From Adineta vaga (Eukaryota; Animalia; Rotifera): 64,000 nucleotides of DNA. The translations under genes were made by a program, and so were the position numbers. The stretch spans positions 434,001 to 498,000 of the forward strand of contig CP075495.1 in assembly GCA_021613535.1 (NCBI GenBank). Direction: 5' to 3'. This document shows positions 63,241 to 64,000 of the stretch, in pieces; the stretch's first letter is position 1, and every line of letters starts with the position of its first letter. Below the pieces are notes generated by a model. That model was not told where the DNA came from. It saw only the letters and a list, made by a program, of their open reading frames with translations, and ran no database searches.

Positions 63241-64000
63241 TTAATGAAGTCGTTGTTGCCATTTTTTCCATGTTTCTTTAAATGATTTGTTATATAAATC
63301 AGATGGAAGAACAAAAACAACGAAAATTAACATTGATGGAATAAATGAAATGAAATAACTTGAAATAAATAACCAAGGATATCGAGAAGTATTGATACAT
63401 CCAGATAATAATGATATAGTTAGACGAGGTAATGCTAAAATCATTAGAATAATCGGTCCAATAACTAATTGTTTATGTTCATGAAATTGTTCATAAATAT
63501 GTTGTTTAAATGTTTGTTTTGTTCGAATTATTGATCGTTGTCGAGCAGATCGAAAGATAATAAATGAAGCACAAAAAAGATTTGCTGTAAATGGAATAAG
63601 TAAACGAATAAATAAAATAATTGTATTATAATCTTGAATAAATGAAGTATAAGAAGTAATACAATATGTATAAATTTCTATTTCATCATATTCAGATTTC
63701 AATACAAATAAATCGCGATAGAAAAATTCATGACTCAATGAACCAATGATACAAATTGGTAAGATGAAAACTATCCAATAAGCAATTTGTTTACTTTTTT
63801 CTCGATTAAATTTGACTCCTTTGTAAACTGTCAATGCACGTTCAAGAGCAACACAAGCATTTAACCAAGTATCGAAATATAAGAATAATTTAAGAATTGA
63901 TTCAATAATTAAACATCCACCACGAAGAATTGAACGAGACATTGAAATATTCATTTCAGTAAATAAAACAAAGGAAAATTTCACAATAAACATATTAATT
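63241..64000 (-). CDS. 5'-partial class A GPCR (TM2-TM7 region)
   Basis: C..IE..LK....TWLNACVALERA, IPFTANLF, ILALPRL, FIPSMLIFVVFVLPS..Y; reading frame runs off the window end. Confidence 0.8.
   Translation of the reverse strand, partial: INMFIVKFSFVLFTEMNISMSRSILRGGCLIIESILKLFLYFDTWLNACVALERALTVYKGVKFNREKSKQIAYWIVFILPICIIGSLSHEFFYRDLFVLKSEYDEIEIYTYCITSYTSFIQDYNTIILFIRLLIPFTANLFCASFIIFRSARQRSIIRTKQTFKQHIYEQFHEHKQLVIGPIILMILALPRLTISLLSGCINTSRYPWLFISSYFISFIPSMLIFVVFVLPSDLYNKSFKETWKKWQQRLH

Noticed and set aside
1-64000. Alternative nuclear genetic code (TAG reassigned) or bacterial contamination
   Set aside because: TAG ends an intact gene (F-box, 41781) and long ORFs contain no internal TAG. 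Bacterial-like domains are joined by spliceosomal introns and interleaved with metazoan genes (complexin, GPCRs). No tRNA or rRNA genes were recognised.

Overview
AT-rich eukaryotic genomic DNA with many short (~50-70 nt) GT-AG introns. The gene repertoire (NAD:arginine ADP-ribosyltransferases, FG-GAP/VCBS, NHL and bacterial-style kelch propellers, orphan class A GPCRs, F-box/LRR) is typical of a bdelloid rotifer; this assignment is inferred, not searched. Manual splicing joins many listed ORFs into larger genes. (1) A 5'-truncated giant multi-pass membrane protein with three Cys-rich modules and a terminal 7-blade FG-GAP propeller. (2) A secreted EGF-EGF-mucin-SPRY-like protein. (3) Three toxin-type (R-S-E) ART loci: an ART-TPR pseudogene lacking its catalytic core, an intronless tandem double ART, and a receptor-like type II membrane protein with a cytosolic ART and 14 extracellular FG-GAP repeats (top finding). 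(4) A tandem pair of bacterial-like 4-TM genes. (5) A Fringe-like GT and two GTPases, each with one in-frame TAG. (6) A complexin-like gene, an ADISSP/C20orf27-like gene and a 70-aa myristoylation-motif micro-gene; the ORF track misses these or captures only a terminal exon. (7) Three mosaic paralogs of an HFRGGTITW surface protein. (8) F-box, GPCR, NHL-kelch and pseudogene loci. Non-coding features include a hAT-like MITE with an 8-bp TSD, tandem non-autonomous Helitron-like elements, foldback elements, a perfect 48-bp intronic palindrome, and a dispersed family of tiny elements built from telomere-like TTGAGGGTGTGGG arms.
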